Positions 33,222-42,822 of a stretch of DNA of 64,000 nucleotides are shown piece after piece; within the stretch, counting starts at the first letter, position 1; each line of letters begins with the position of its first letter. The notes beneath the pieces are model-generated. The model was given only the letters and a program-made list of their open reading frames with translations. It made no database searches and was not told where the DNA came from. Where the stretch lies: positions 10,406 to 74,405 of IMG/VR virus record IMGVR_UViG_3300044991_002130; one strand, given 5' to 3'. This stretch comes from a virus. Taxonomy: Duplodnaviria; Caudoviricetes. Both the position numbers and the translations under genes were made by a program.

Positions 33222-33935
33222 TTACACCAAAAACGGTAGATAAATTTTTCTCAGGGTTTCGTTGGCCAACGCCAAATCAAATTCATATGTAAATTTTCTA
33301 CTATTATACGATAGCTTAACAGCCGCCTCGGAAGCATCAAACATTTCGTTTAATTTTTCTTTTGTGTACTTCTCTGGCTCGGTTTTTATAGAAAACAAAT
33401 GTGCCCAAGTCTTCTCATCGGCTAATTTTAGATTTACTGGAAAATATCCATGTTGAAAAAGAGTTTTTCCACAAAACGCAAGTCTTAATAGTTGAGTAGC
33501 GTTTTTTGGGGAAAATCCATATTTATCCAATTGTGCTTTACGCTTACTACCAAGTTGACCAGTTCTCTCACCATTTGCCAATCTTCGTTCACCTTGCATA
33601 TAACCAAGTAAGCATCGAAACATCTTGTCTGTGTCAACAAACTTAAACTTGTTGGATCGTATTTCTTCAAATGCATCACTTGTTTGAAGAAAGTCTTCAG
33701 AAAAGAGTATTTCAATCGCACCTGTGTTACCATTGCGCAGAAGTTCAAAAAACTTGCGAAGTTCGTAATAAACTATGTCGTCTGTTTCTTGTTTCTGTAT
33801 ATGATCGAGCTTTTCCAATCCAAGTATCTTGGACGGCTCTGTGTTTATGAATACACCTCTGTAATCAAGATCGGACTCGGGAGTATTAAGTCCATATGCT
33901 GTGCTGCCCCCCAAAGCTTTTACTAACATTTTCAT
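33222..33935 (-). CDS. Pol-beta superfamily nucleotidyltransferase (YcgL/Nuc-transf-like)
   Basis: GSTAYGLNTPESDLDYRGVF, YELRKF. Confidence 0.85.
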   Translation of the reverse strand: MKMLVKALGGSTAYGLNTPESDLDYRGVFINTEPSKILGLEKLDHIQKQETDDIVYYELRKFFELLRNGNTGAIEILFSEDFLQTSDAFEEIRSNKFKFVDTDKMFRCLLGYMQGERRLANGERTGQLGSKRKAQLDKYGFSPKNATQLLRLAFCGKTLFQHGYFPVNLKLADEKTWAHLFSIKTEPEKYTKEKLNEMFDASEAAVKLSYNSRKFTYEFDLALANETLRKIYLPFLV

Positions 33936-33973
33936 ATTATAAATACTGAAATTATTTTTTAAGAAGTCAAGTA

Positions 33974-34483
33974 TCAATTAGCATCCAATCGATATATAAT
34001 TACATCACTGGGATAGTCGGTAAAAGCAACTTCTATTAGACGTTCGACTATTCGGAAATCTCCACCCCCTCTGTCGGAACCCATTTTATAAGGAAATCCA
34101 ACAGATGGAGCCGGAAGATCCATGCCATTTTCTGTCAACTCATTTGCCATACCTTCCAATGCAGAATATAAAGCATCATAATTGGTTTGTCTTGTGCCTT
34201 TTCCAAATAAATTTTGACCATACAAGTTATAGATAAGAGCAATTTGATTGTCGTGTTTATTTGCACCGCTAGTAAATGGAATATAACCAACAGAAAAATT
34301 TCCTAGAGTATTTGTCTTTGATAACGTGGCTGCACAGTCTGCTTTATATGCGTCTGGATACATTTCACGAATAGTACGAGCAATACCACTGCCAAATGTA
34401 TTTTGACAGTTTGCTTGATGGCCAATGACTTGTACATCTTTTGCGAAAAGTAGATTGCCATCTTTATAAATAAGAGATTTCAT
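33974..34483 (-). CDS. Macro domain ADP-ribose hydrolase
   Basis: GNLL...HQANCQ..FGSGIA, NLYGQ, PYKMGSDRGGG. Confidence 0.9.
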   Translation of the reverse strand: MKSLIYKDGNLLFAKDVQVIGHQANCQNTFGSGIARTIREMYPDAYKADCAATLSKTNTLGNFSVGYIPFTSGANKHDNQIALIYNLYGQNLFGKGTRQTNYDALYSALEGMANELTENGMDLPAPSVGFPYKMGSDRGGGDFRIVERLIEVAFTDYPSDVIIYRLDAN

Positions 34484-34563
34484 ATTTTTAAATAATGCTA
34501 AAATTTCATAGAATGTCAACATTTTTTATCGCGTTTTGTTCAATTTTATAATACTTATTGTAT

Positions 34564-35001
34564 ATGAGTATCATACCCGGTCCAAATAACGAATTAATGA
34601 CAGCCTCGGTAGCTCCGTCTTATGGTTCAACAGCGAATGTAGCACAAGCAACGGCGTCTTCCGTGTATGTAAGCTCTTCCTATAGTTTTCCTTATCCAGT
34701 AATTAGTGCGTCGATTACTACAACCGGAAATCCGGTGTTCATAGCCTGTTCTGGCGACGCCAATCCAATTTCAATAGGGGGTCTTGGAACAATCCAACTG
34801 TATAGAGACAGCACTGCTATAGGAACTCGGGTACAATACGAAGGGTCGGCAGCAAATGAAAACAATCCATATTGTTTAACTTGTATAGATAGTCAACCGG
34901 CGGGAACATATACATACTATTTGAAATCGGTGTCTCAGAGCGGACACACTCAATTTGGAGAAGTATCGGGACCAAGTCTTTCGATGGCGGAGTTGAGATA
35001 A
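34564..35001 (+). CDS. Hypothetical (virion beta-domain-like)
   Basis: D.QPAGTYTY.LK...ELR ending. Confidence 0.6.
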   Translation: MSIIPGPNNELMTASVAPSYGSTANVAQATASSVYVSSSYSFPYPVISASITTTGNPVFIACSGDANPISIGGLGTIQLYRDSTAIGTRVQYEGSAANENNPYCLTCIDSQPAGTYTYYLKSVSQSGHTQFGEVSGPSLSMAELR

Positions 35002-35048
35002 TTTTGAAAGTTTACACTATTTATAACATAATAACCACATAACAAATC

Positions 35049-35690
35049 ATGAGTACAACAATAACATACATAACCAACGGGAATCTTGTCTTAACAGAAT
35101 CAAAGGCCGTGACCATATCGTGCGTCGGTGCCGGTGGTCGTGGAAACTTTACAGGAAACGGTGGTTCTGGTGGCGCATTCGCTAAAGCAACTAAAACCTT
35201 ACAATCTGGGTCATATCCCGTAGTAGTCGGCCTAGCATCTGCGCACGACGGCGGCAATTCATATGTAACATCGGCCAGCGTGGTGATTGTTCGAGCGCCG
35301 GGAGGAAAACAAGACGGCACAATTACACACCAAACTGCATTGCTAACTGGTAGCGTAGCAACATACTACGGCGGGCACGGAAGCCCAGATTTTGATGGAT
35401 ATAGTGCATATAATGGTTCCGGCGGCGGAGAAGCTGGTAATGTGCTAGGCAACGGTCAAGATGGTCAAAGCGCATACTATTCCACTGCGTTTGCCCCAGC
35501 TTCCGGGGGATACTCTTACGCCACCGGTAGTGGTGGTGCCGGTGCATACTATTACGCCGGGTCCAAGGTCAATCAAGTATTCGTCGCAGCCGGTGGAACA
35601 TTTCCGGGCGGCGGCGGCGGAGGCTCTTATGACTACGGTACTGACAGTTCTGGTGCCGGTGCCAATGGGTCTGTGGTAGTAACTTACTAA
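35049..35690 (+). CDS. Glycine-rich domain protein (tail/virion-like)
   Basis: VGAGG.G...GGSGG...GGGGGG...G.GANG.V.V.Y. Confidence 0.7.
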   Translation: MSTTITYITNGNLVLTESKAVTISCVGAGGRGNFTGNGGSGGAFAKATKTLQSGSYPVVVGLASAHDGGNSYVTSASVVIVRAPGGKQDGTITHQTALLTGSVATYYGGHGSPDFDGYSAYNGSGGGEAGNVLGNGQDGQSAYYSTAFAPASGGYSYATGSGGAGAYYYAGSKVNQVFVAAGGTFPGGGGGGSYDYGTDSSGAGANGSVVVTY

Positions 35691-35708
35691 TATAAAACAA
35701 CTTAACGC

Positions 35709-35738
35709 AAAAAACCCCGCTATTATGGCGGGGTTTTT
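35709..35738. terminator. Bidirectional terminator
   Basis: AAAAAACCCCGC-loop-GCGGGGTTTTT between convergent genes. Confidence 0.85.
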
Positions 35739-35741
35739 GTT

Positions 35742-36389
35742 TTATACATCCGGACTATGATGATCCGGGGCAACTGCGGTTCTATTCTTTAATTCTCGAT
35801 GAACTTCTTCCCATTCAACTGGCCGACGTTTCCATTCCCAGCCAACGTCCAACCGTTTCAGGCCAACATCCTCTTTAAGATTTCTGTGACAGTGGCCGTG
35901 AATATTGTATCCACCCTTCGACATATGATTCCACGAAGCAATTGGATAGTGCGTTAACACAACCGGAACTTTATCAATGAAGATTTCAGCATAATGGCCG
36001 AGAAATGTAAACGTGGAGTTTGGATAATTCAATGGATACACTTCAATGTCGGCATGAAACTGCATTTCATCCAATGTGGCGTCATACAACTGTTGCATGC
36101 CAGCGTTATGATTGCCCCAAATAAAATATTGATGCTTACACGGCAAACGAATCAACCGCTTTGCATAGTCCAATGAATTTGCGCCAGCACCAATCACTGC
36201 ATCGCCAAGATTGAATACAATATCATTTAATCCAATATGGTCGCTCAACATTTGATATGTGTGAGCATATGCTTCATTGACATTTTGATAATTGCGTGGA
36301 CCAAGAATAAATGGCTTGTCGTGACCTAAATGTAGGTCAGATATAAACCAAATCTTTTGGTCGGTTGATTTTAGACTAATCTTTTTCAT
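35742..36389 (-). CDS. Calcineurin-like metallophosphoesterase
   Basis: SDLHLGH, LGD, GNH, THYP, HGHCH. Confidence 0.9.
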   Translation of the reverse strand: MKKISLKSTDQKIWFISDLHLGHDKPFILGPRNYQNVNEAYAHTYQMLSDHIGLNDIVFNLGDAVIGAGANSLDYAKRLIRLPCKHQYFIWGNHNAGMQQLYDATLDEMQFHADIEVYPLNYPNSTFTFLGHYAEIFIDKVPVVLTHYPIASWNHMSKGGYNIHGHCHRNLKEDVGLKRLDVGWEWKRRPVEWEEVHRELKNRTAVAPDHHSPDV

Positions 36390-36756
36390 GAAAGAATTTG
36401 GGACGATTTATTTTAAAATTTTCGAGATATCCAATGATATTTTCTTTACCAATTGGATTTAAGCTATGAACTTGATATTCTGGCAACGGTAGTTCATATT
36501 CCATGCAATATTCAACCAGCCATTTGGCACATTCATATCCGGTCTTTTCTTTATATTGATTATACCCCGCACCACCAGTATAATGTTCGTCGGCAAGATC
36601 ATGATCAAAGCTCACAAACAATGGTGAGCCATGTTTCATAATATATTTTACAAAATCATCATAGCTTCGCACTATAATCCAAGGACCAAGTGGCATTTGC
36701 ATCCACCTAACATCTTTTGGCAACCGAATATCATCAAGAAATAATTTGTAGCTCAT
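36376..36756 (-). CDS. Cyclic-phosphate processing receiver domain protein
   Basis: LFLDDIR.P, SFDHDL, KTGYE.AKW, VHS.NP.G. Confidence 0.8.
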   Translation of the reverse strand: MSYKLFLDDIRLPKDVRWMQMPLGPWIIVRSYDDFVKYIMKHGSPLFVSFDHDLADEHYTGGAGYNQYKEKTGYECAKWLVEYCMEYELPLPEYQVHSLNPIGKENIIGYLENFKINRPKFFHEKD

Positions 36757-36920
36757 ACTATTGCAGTATTATAGGCATCAAGATACTTGTCAATCAGTAA
36801 TTTTGCAACCTTTACACCTTCTTTATTGCCAGTTTTTTCAAAGTGTGCAAGTTTTTTACGCCAATATTCCAAGTCTTGTTTTATACCAGACTTGGTGTGA
36901 CTTATTTTATCTGTTTCCAT
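36753..36920 (-). CDS. Small hypothetical protein (not in ORF track)
   Basis: METDKISHTKSG...YNTAIV*, fills the gap and overlaps the next start. Confidence 0.45.
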   Translation of the reverse strand: METDKISHTKSGIKQDLEYWRKKLAHFEKTGNKEGVKVAKLLIDKYLDAYNTAIV

Positions 36921-37398
36921 TGGGAATGGGAGTTTGAGAAATCAAAGCGTGTACGAGTTGTCGTTCATATTGATACAAATCTTTGAGATTGCGCTGTAGA
37001 ATATCATGAATTTTAAAGAATCCAACTGGTCCGAGGTATTTGAATTCACGATCATATCCATATGAAGTCCATAGATCGCCTCGCCAAAAGTCAGGACCGC
37101 CGCAGTTGTCCCAATACCAACCAAAGTGAAGATACGGATGAGCGGCCTTGTCATCAGTAACAATTCCAGTTGGTTTGCGAAAGTTTAGCACATAACCATC
37201 TTCTGCAACATTGCCCCACTCGGTAAAGGTCCAGCCATTCTTGTTCAAGAACGATGCAACTTTATCGTTGGCTTTTACTCTGGCGATGGCATCTTTTCTA
37301 GTCATGTCATATCCCAACATGCTGGTAAACCGAGTCACGTTGTTTGATTCTGCCCAAGTGGGCAATTTAAATGTTTTCATTGTTTTCATTGTTTTCAT
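36907..37398 (-). CDS. Hypothetical protein
   Basis: 163 aa ORF. Confidence 0.6.
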   Translation of the reverse strand: MKTMKTMKTFKLPTWAESNNVTRFTSMLGYDMTRKDAIARVKANDKVASFLNKNGWTFTEWGNVAEDGYVLNFRKPTGIVTDDKAAHPYLHFGWYWDNCGGPDFWRGDLWTSYGYDREFKYLGPVGFFKIHDILQRNLKDLYQYERQLVHALISQTPIPNGNR

Positions 37399-37673
37399 TG
37401 CAATCTTCCTCCACCAACCAACACATTACGAAGTGTGCTAGATTGTCCTTTGCGACTGGTCTTGGCTTTGAAGTCGGCAAATGTGTCTGGCAGCATAACT
37501 TGCAAACTTCCAGCCGTCTTGTGTTCAAAGACCATAGCACCCATATATCTAGATTGAGATACGCCACGCTTTGCACAACTTAGGCAAACACGCAGGCCAA
37601 GTTCTGCACGCGCAGACTCAATAGCCTCGGAGCAACAAGAGCAAGGATTTTTATGTAGAGTAAAACCATTCAT
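37395..37673 (-). CDS. DksA/TraR-type C4 zinc-finger protein
   Basis: CSCCSEAIESARAELGLRVCLSCA. Confidence 0.55.
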   Translation of the reverse strand: MNGFTLHKNPCSCCSEAIESARAELGLRVCLSCAKRGVSQSRYMGAMVFEHKTAGSLQVMLPDTFADFKAKTSRKGQSSTLRNVLVGGGRLQ

Positions 37674-37807
37674 GCGATTAATGATGCAGTAAGTATATAA
37701 AAAGTCAACCAGAATCTTAATTTTTTGAAAAAAGTTTTGAATAAAAAAGTTGACAATCGAAGAGTTTGTGATACTTATATTCGTAGTTCTTTGACACAAC
37801 AATTTAA

Positions 37808-37983
37808 GCAGACGGCACTAGCCCCTGAAGGGCGAACAGGATTGAGATTAATGGCTGGATATGTCATATCACAGCACTTCCCCAAAACACTAAGTAGGTA
37901 TCTACGCCATCGGCGTTTTTGATTACCGAAGTTACGGGATAGGATGTTTCCTCCGAAATGGAAACCATTCTTGTGCCGCCTGT
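37808..37983 (+). ncRNA. Unknown structured RNA (about 176 nt) upstream of tmRNA
   Basis: GCAGACGGCAC/GTGCCGCCTGT closure after promoter and boxA-like GTTCTTTGACA. Confidence 0.55.
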
Positions 37984-37992
37984 CTTTTTCAT

Positions 37993-38384
37993 GGGCTCGT
38001 TTTTAGATTCTACTCTATAGAATGAGTACAAGCCGCAAGCACAGAGTCTAATGTCTCTGTATAATACCCGTTGGAAAACATAAATGCTAAGAGAAATCTT
38101 GCAAAGAAGAGCTTCCTCACCGTTCGCAAGAACGCTGAAGTTGAGCTTCTAGCCGCAGCCTAATAAAATAGGCTGTCCGTTGTCCTTGTGACACAGATAA
38201 CAAGTCAACAACGTTCATCATCTGGCCGTTTGTGTGAGATAGAAGATGGTAGCACAAATCAAATACTAAACTTCAACTTCAATATGGTGCTCTACCAAAT
38301 ATTGATGTATTATAAGAGATAAGCTTGTATATGTTTGTAAGCTTTTTATATAGCACCCGGGTGCAACTCCCGGCGAGTCCACCA
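37993..38384 (+). ncRNA. ssrA: tmRNA, tag (A)AKRNLAKKSFLTVRKNAEVELLAAA*
   Basis: GGGCTCG/CGAGTCC acceptor with G3-U70, T arm, ACCA; tag ORF 38086-38163 after ATAAAT. Confidence 0.92.
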
Positions 38385-38465
38385 TTTTTTTATATTGACA
38401 AAAATATTTTTTGTTCTATAGTTATGTCCACTTTGCAATAATCGCAAAGAAAAATATAATAAAAT

Positions 38466-39182
38466 ATGACAAAGAAAATCCTATTAATGATTACGGCATT
38501 AATCGCCGCTGTTACGCTGAGTGCAGCCCCAATCGGGTTGACTGCAAATGCAACATACTATACCAAGTATCTAGATAATGGCTTGGTTGCATTTGAAGAT
38601 GTTGCCGTTGCCGGTGTTACGCTAGAAGCATACAATTTTGTTGCTGGCGTCAACACGTTCAACACCATCAAAGACACAACAACAGGTAAATACACAGCAA
38701 GTGCTGGACTGTTCAAACGTGTTGACCTGTCGCTTGGATACAAGTTTACATCTCCATTGGCAAATTTGACTTTGGGCGGTACATATAAAACTTATAGCAA
38801 GAGTGTATCAAATATTGCAAGTAACACTGAGCCATTTGCGCTATTGAATGGTTCTCTGTTCGGCACCCGTGCAACTTGGGATGCACGCTATCGCGCAGAC
38901 CTAAAGAATCATACCAATAACACAGAAGCAAATCTACGTCTACCATTTGGTTTCCAACATGTAAAGCTTGTTCCAGCAATTGGATATGGCTTTAATGATC
39001 TCGGTGCCGATACGATTGTAAAGTATAGATTTAGCAAGCAATATGCTGTTGTTGGCGCAGGTATTGGCTATTATGCAAAGAATGCCACACTGTCTGTTGA
39101 CTTTACTCAACGCCGCGACGGTTTGTTAACCGCAGGAACAACTGTAAATAGTGTTTCGGGTGGGATTGCAGTAAAGTTCTAA
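38466..39182 (+). CDS. Outer-membrane beta-barrel protein
   Basis: Signal peptide, alternating beta strands, C-terminal Phe. Confidence 0.7.
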   Translation: MTKKILLMITALIAAVTLSAAPIGLTANATYYTKYLDNGLVAFEDVAVAGVTLEAYNFVAGVNTFNTIKDTTTGKYTASAGLFKRVDLSLGYKFTSPLANLTLGGTYKTYSKSVSNIASNTEPFALLNGSLFGTRATWDARYRADLKNHTNNTEANLRLPFGFQHVKLVPAIGYGFNDLGADTIVKYRFSKQYAVVGAGIGYYAKNATLSVDFTQRRDGLLTAGTTVNSVSGGIAVKF

Positions 39183-39200
39183 TACTCGATTAGTTCTATC

Positions 39201-39232
39201 AAAAAGGACACCGTAACTGGTGTCCTTTTTTT
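39201..39232 (+). terminator. Intrinsic terminator
   Basis: AAAAAGGACACC-loop-GGTGTCCTTTTT. Confidence 0.85.
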
Positions 39233-39276
39233 ATTGTACTGTTGACAAGCGCAGATAAAAGTGCATGATCTATTGC

Positions 39277-40218
39277 ATGATTCTACCATCTAACATCACT
39301 CCGTCTCTTTGCTGCATTCACACAGGATTGCAGGAGCAAAGCGTCAAGTTCAATGTCATGACTTATGCTCAATATACTAAACTGGGCAAGGAAACAGCAA
39401 TGAAAATTCTCGCTGACCGTTCGCTGAACAATATCAAAACTATCCACGCCATCATCAAAGAATGCGCAAAAAATGGATGGAATTATCGCATCGGTAGTAA
39501 TGTGTTCCCTCTGATGACACATCCCGATCTAAATTTCACCGTTGATGATTTTTACAATTTCTCAGATATTATGGCCGAGTTTAGCGCATGTGCCAATACT
39601 ATTAGACAAAACAAAGTACGTTGCAGCATGCATCCCGATCAGTTTGTTGTTCCGGCAAGTCCAAAAGACGGCGTTGCCGAAAACTCTATTCGCGACCTTG
39701 AACAACATGCTATGATTATGGATTTGCTTCAACTGCCACAATCATACGAGGCACCAATCAATATTCACATGAACTGTTATAATGACGGCAAGTTTGGTGA
39801 AGTTGTTGATAGATTGGAAAAAGTTCTCAAACGCATGTCAAAATCCGTAACAAGTAGACTTGTCTTTGAGAACGAAGACAAACTAAAAAGTTGGACCGTA
39901 TACAACCTACATGAATATCTTTACAAACGCACTAGTATTCCGATTACATTCGATAATCTGCACCACAAATGCAATCCAGATGCCATGAGCGAACAGAAAG
40001 CATTTGAAATGGCAGTATCCACTTGGCCGAATGGTATTATTCCGTTGTTCCATTTCAGCGAATCTCTCGTCGGTAACAATCCTCGTGCTCATGCCGACTT
40101 TCCAACTTTCCTTCCTGAGATTTATGCTAATTACAAAAGTGATCTACACCTCGACTTCGAGTTCAAGCACAAAGAGCTTGCTATACACAAAGTAAAACAA
40201 GAAAAGGTAATTTTATAA
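39277..40218 (+). CDS. uvsE: UV damage endonuclease (UVDE)
   Basis: YRIGS..FP, SMHPDQF, ENED, FDNLHH, HFSE, HAD, E.K.KE. Confidence 0.92.
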   Translation: MILPSNITPSLCCIHTGLQEQSVKFNVMTYAQYTKLGKETAMKILADRSLNNIKTIHAIIKECAKNGWNYRIGSNVFPLMTHPDLNFTVDDFYNFSDIMAEFSACANTIRQNKVRCSMHPDQFVVPASPKDGVAENSIRDLEQHAMIMDLLQLPQSYEAPINIHMNCYNDGKFGEVVDRLEKVLKRMSKSVTSRLVFENEDKLKSWTVYNLHEYLYKRTSIPITFDNLHHKCNPDAMSEQKAFEMAVSTWPNGIIPLFHFSESLVGNNPRAHADFPTFLPEIYANYKSDLHLDFEFKHKELAIHKVKQEKVIL

Positions 40219-40224
40219 TCGATC

Positions 40225-40431
40225 ATGAAAAATAAACCATTGTCAAAAAAACAACGCAAAGATTTGATTTCTGCTTGGGCAGGAATGAATTGTTTATGTG
40301 CATACCTAAAAGATTACAAGACGAAGCCGGAAAATTTTGGTGACAAGTTTGACCCTCACGCTTATGCCAGAGACATATATAAACTACTTGATTCGGTAAT
40401 AAACAATGTTGATGATTCGGATTTATATTGA
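40225..40431 (+). CDS. Hypothetical protein
   Basis: 68 aa ORF. Confidence 0.5.
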   Translation: MKNKPLSKKQRKDLISAWAGMNCLCAYLKDYKTKPENFGDKFDPHAYARDIYKLLDSVINNVDDSDLY

Positions 40432-40464
40432 CCTTTTATAAAAAGTTGTCATAGTATATTCATT

Positions 40465-41580
40465 ATGAAAATTGATCTACAGTCTATTGATCCTGAGTCA
40501 TTCATGGTTCATCAACATTTTATTGGAGAACATGAATGCTATTTGGTCCAGCCAGTTCATATTGGTACTTCTTGGAACAAGGACAACCTCATTTATCGTT
40601 CGTCTCTTTGGGACAAAGAAGGCAATCCTGTTTCGCTTTCGTTCAAAAAGTTCTTCAATTACGACGAAAAGCCTGATATTTTTCCTGCTCCTTCTAATCT
40701 AACTGATGCGAAGTTGATGGAAAAGTTGGACGGCTCCACTTTGATTTTTTCTCGCTACAAGGGCCAGACTGTTATTCGCACACGCGGAACTGTTGATGCT
40801 CGCAAGCAAGCAAATGGACATGAGATTGACTATTTGTGCAAAAAGTACAAGAAGTTCATTGCATATCTTGAAATGCTAGAAACTAGCAATGAGTCTTTTG
40901 TACTGGAATGGTTGAGTCCAACCAATCGCATTGTATTGAACTATGGCGACGAACCTGACATGGTTTTGACTGCTGTAATCAATCACAATGATTATTCCTT
41001 GATGTGCCAATCTCAATTGGACTATTTTGCATCTGATATTAAGCTGCGTCGTCCCCGCACATTCTCTTACAACTCTGTTGAAGAAATGAAGTCGGCGGTT
41101 GAAGTATTGCGTGATCAAGAAGGTTTGTGTGTATATTATGGTAACGAACAACAAATTCGTAAAGTAAAAGCCGCACAATATCTTTTTTTACATCGTGCAA
41201 AGTCCGAAATTTCTAGTATAGAAAAAGTCATTGATGTGTATATTGATTGGTTTATGGATCGGTACAATCTTTCTCACGAACCAACTGGTTATGTAGAATT
41301 CTTTGAGTATCTTACTGAAAAGTTTGATTTTGAAATTGCTACAATGGCAACTGGACATGCTTCGCGTATCTGTGATGCTATGAAAGAAGTATCAAAGATC
41401 ATGAATGCATTGTTTGAGTTTGCATCTGCTCGTATGTATATTGCTCGTAATATTGCTGCCAAAGAAATCTTACAAGCATATGGCAGCACAGGCAGAAGCG
41501 CAATTATATTCAAGATGTTGGACCGCAAGACCATTGGAGCAGATGATTATAAAAAGTTGTTATACCAAGTATTAAAATGA
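40465..41580 (+). CDS. T4 Rnl1-like RNA ligase
   Basis: KKFFNY.E, EKLDGS, EWLSP.NRIVL.Y, EG, KVK...Y. Confidence 0.85.
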   Translation: MKIDLQSIDPESFMVHQHFIGEHECYLVQPVHIGTSWNKDNLIYRSSLWDKEGNPVSLSFKKFFNYDEKPDIFPAPSNLTDAKLMEKLDGSTLIFSRYKGQTVIRTRGTVDARKQANGHEIDYLCKKYKKFIAYLEMLETSNESFVLEWLSPTNRIVLNYGDEPDMVLTAVINHNDYSLMCQSQLDYFASDIKLRRPRTFSYNSVEEMKSAVEVLRDQEGLCVYYGNEQQIRKVKAAQYLFLHRAKSEISSIEKVIDVYIDWFMDRYNLSHEPTGYVEFFEYLTEKFDFEIATMATGHASRICDAMKEVSKIMNALFEFASARMYIARNIAAKEILQAYGSTGRSAIIFKMLDRKTIGADDYKKLLYQVLK

Positions 41581-41837
41581 TCACTCCATCACAAGGTGCC
41601 GAACGCACACAACTAGTCAAGTGGGCAACTCCGCGCTTGCTCCGTTACTTTAAGTCACGGCGCAAGAGCATGATCATTTACCACAATGCGATTTGTGGTT
41701 GGGATGCTGGCAACGTAAAGATGGAAGATATGGCCACGAAACAAGAGATGCAGACTTGGGCTGCAATGCAAGCCGAACTTGATTTCATTCAGAACATTCT
41801 TTATACTCGCGCACACGTTCAAAAACATAGGGCTTGA
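41577..41837 (+). CDS. Hypothetical protein
   Basis: 86 aa coupled ORF. Confidence 0.55.
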   Translation: MITPSQGAERTQLVKWATPRLLRYFKSRRKSMIIYHNAICGWDAGNVKMEDMATKQEMQTWAAMQAELDFIQNILYTRAHVQKHRA

Positions 41838-41868
41838 CTTTACATAGTTCAAGCCCTATTCTATTTTT

Positions 41869-42192
41869 ATGAATCCAAATAAACAAAGAATTGCTATTGC
41901 GGAAGCGTGTAGATGGACTAGACAATCAGACGATAGCATGTGGTTTGACGACCCAACGAACTCTTTTCAAGTGCATGAACAGGATATTCCAGATTATCTC
42001 AATGATTTGAACGCTATGCATGAGGCGGAGAAGGTGCTATACAAGGGCATCATTAACCAAGAGTATTGGCAAAAGGGATATGGTAGATTTACCACAACCC
42101 TCGCTGAAATATGCGTTACTCCTTATAGCGCGACAGCAGCCCAACGAGCCTAGGCTTTTTTACGAACAATCGGAAAATGGGAAAAACTATGA
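41869..42192 (+). pseudogene. Phage protein interrupted by TAG at 42151-42153
   Basis: IAIAEAC.W...PDYLNDLNAMHEAE...ATAAQRA*AFLRTIGKW: motif continues in frame past the stop. Confidence 0.5.
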
Positions 42193-42575
42193 AAACTTGG
42201 AAAAATAAAATTAACGACCCATTTCATGGAATATGCACGGTTAAAGAATGCACGACCAAGATTGCACCAATCAGTCATGGATTTGTAAATCTATACAAAG
42301 GAAATAAATGGATTGACTTTTGCGGAGTCAACTATGCTAAAAAACATATTATTAAACATAAAATGAAACCTAAGCAACGCCAAAAAGACGGTAGAAAATA
42401 TATGCTTGTTGGTCGTGTTGGTATATTTGGACCAGAACTATTATGGGGCGACACTATTAACGATTTTCGTGCGTGCGATTTAAGCGATGTCAGCGATGGA
42501 AATGCATTGCTATTGGCATCTAAAGATGGTAACGTCGTTAGAATTAAATGCAATGGAGCAAAATGGTACGCATAA
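42189..42575 (+). CDS. Hypothetical protein
   Basis: ORF track. Confidence 0.45.
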   Translation: MKTWKNKINDPFHGICTVKECTTKIAPISHGFVNLYKGNKWIDFCGVNYAKKHIIKHKMKPKQRQKDGRKYMLVGRVGIFGPELLWGDTINDFRACDLSDVSDGNALLLASKDGNVVRIKCNGAKWYA

Positions 42576-42576
42576 T

Positions 42577-42810
42577 ATGAAAATTATAAACAGCAAAGAA
42601 GAATTTAATAAGTTTTACTATTATAGTAAATCCGGTTATAAACCAAAGAAATATCCGACTGAATATCCATGCGTTTGTAAAATTGAAACCGGCGGCGGTG
42701 GATTGGCAGGGGAATATGAAGCACACTATGCTGTTTATTTTCCAAAAACAGAATCGGTAACGGACGCATTTATATCTGGATTAAATACAGAATGGGAATA
42801 TATTTGCTGA
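42577..42810 (+). CDS. Hypothetical protein
   Basis: MKIINSKEEF start. Confidence 0.5.
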   Translation: MKIINSKEEFNKFYYYSKSGYKPKKYPTEYPCVCKIETGGGGLAGEYEAHYAVYFPKTESVTDAFISGLNTEWEYIC

Positions 42811-42822
42811 TATTTATACTAT

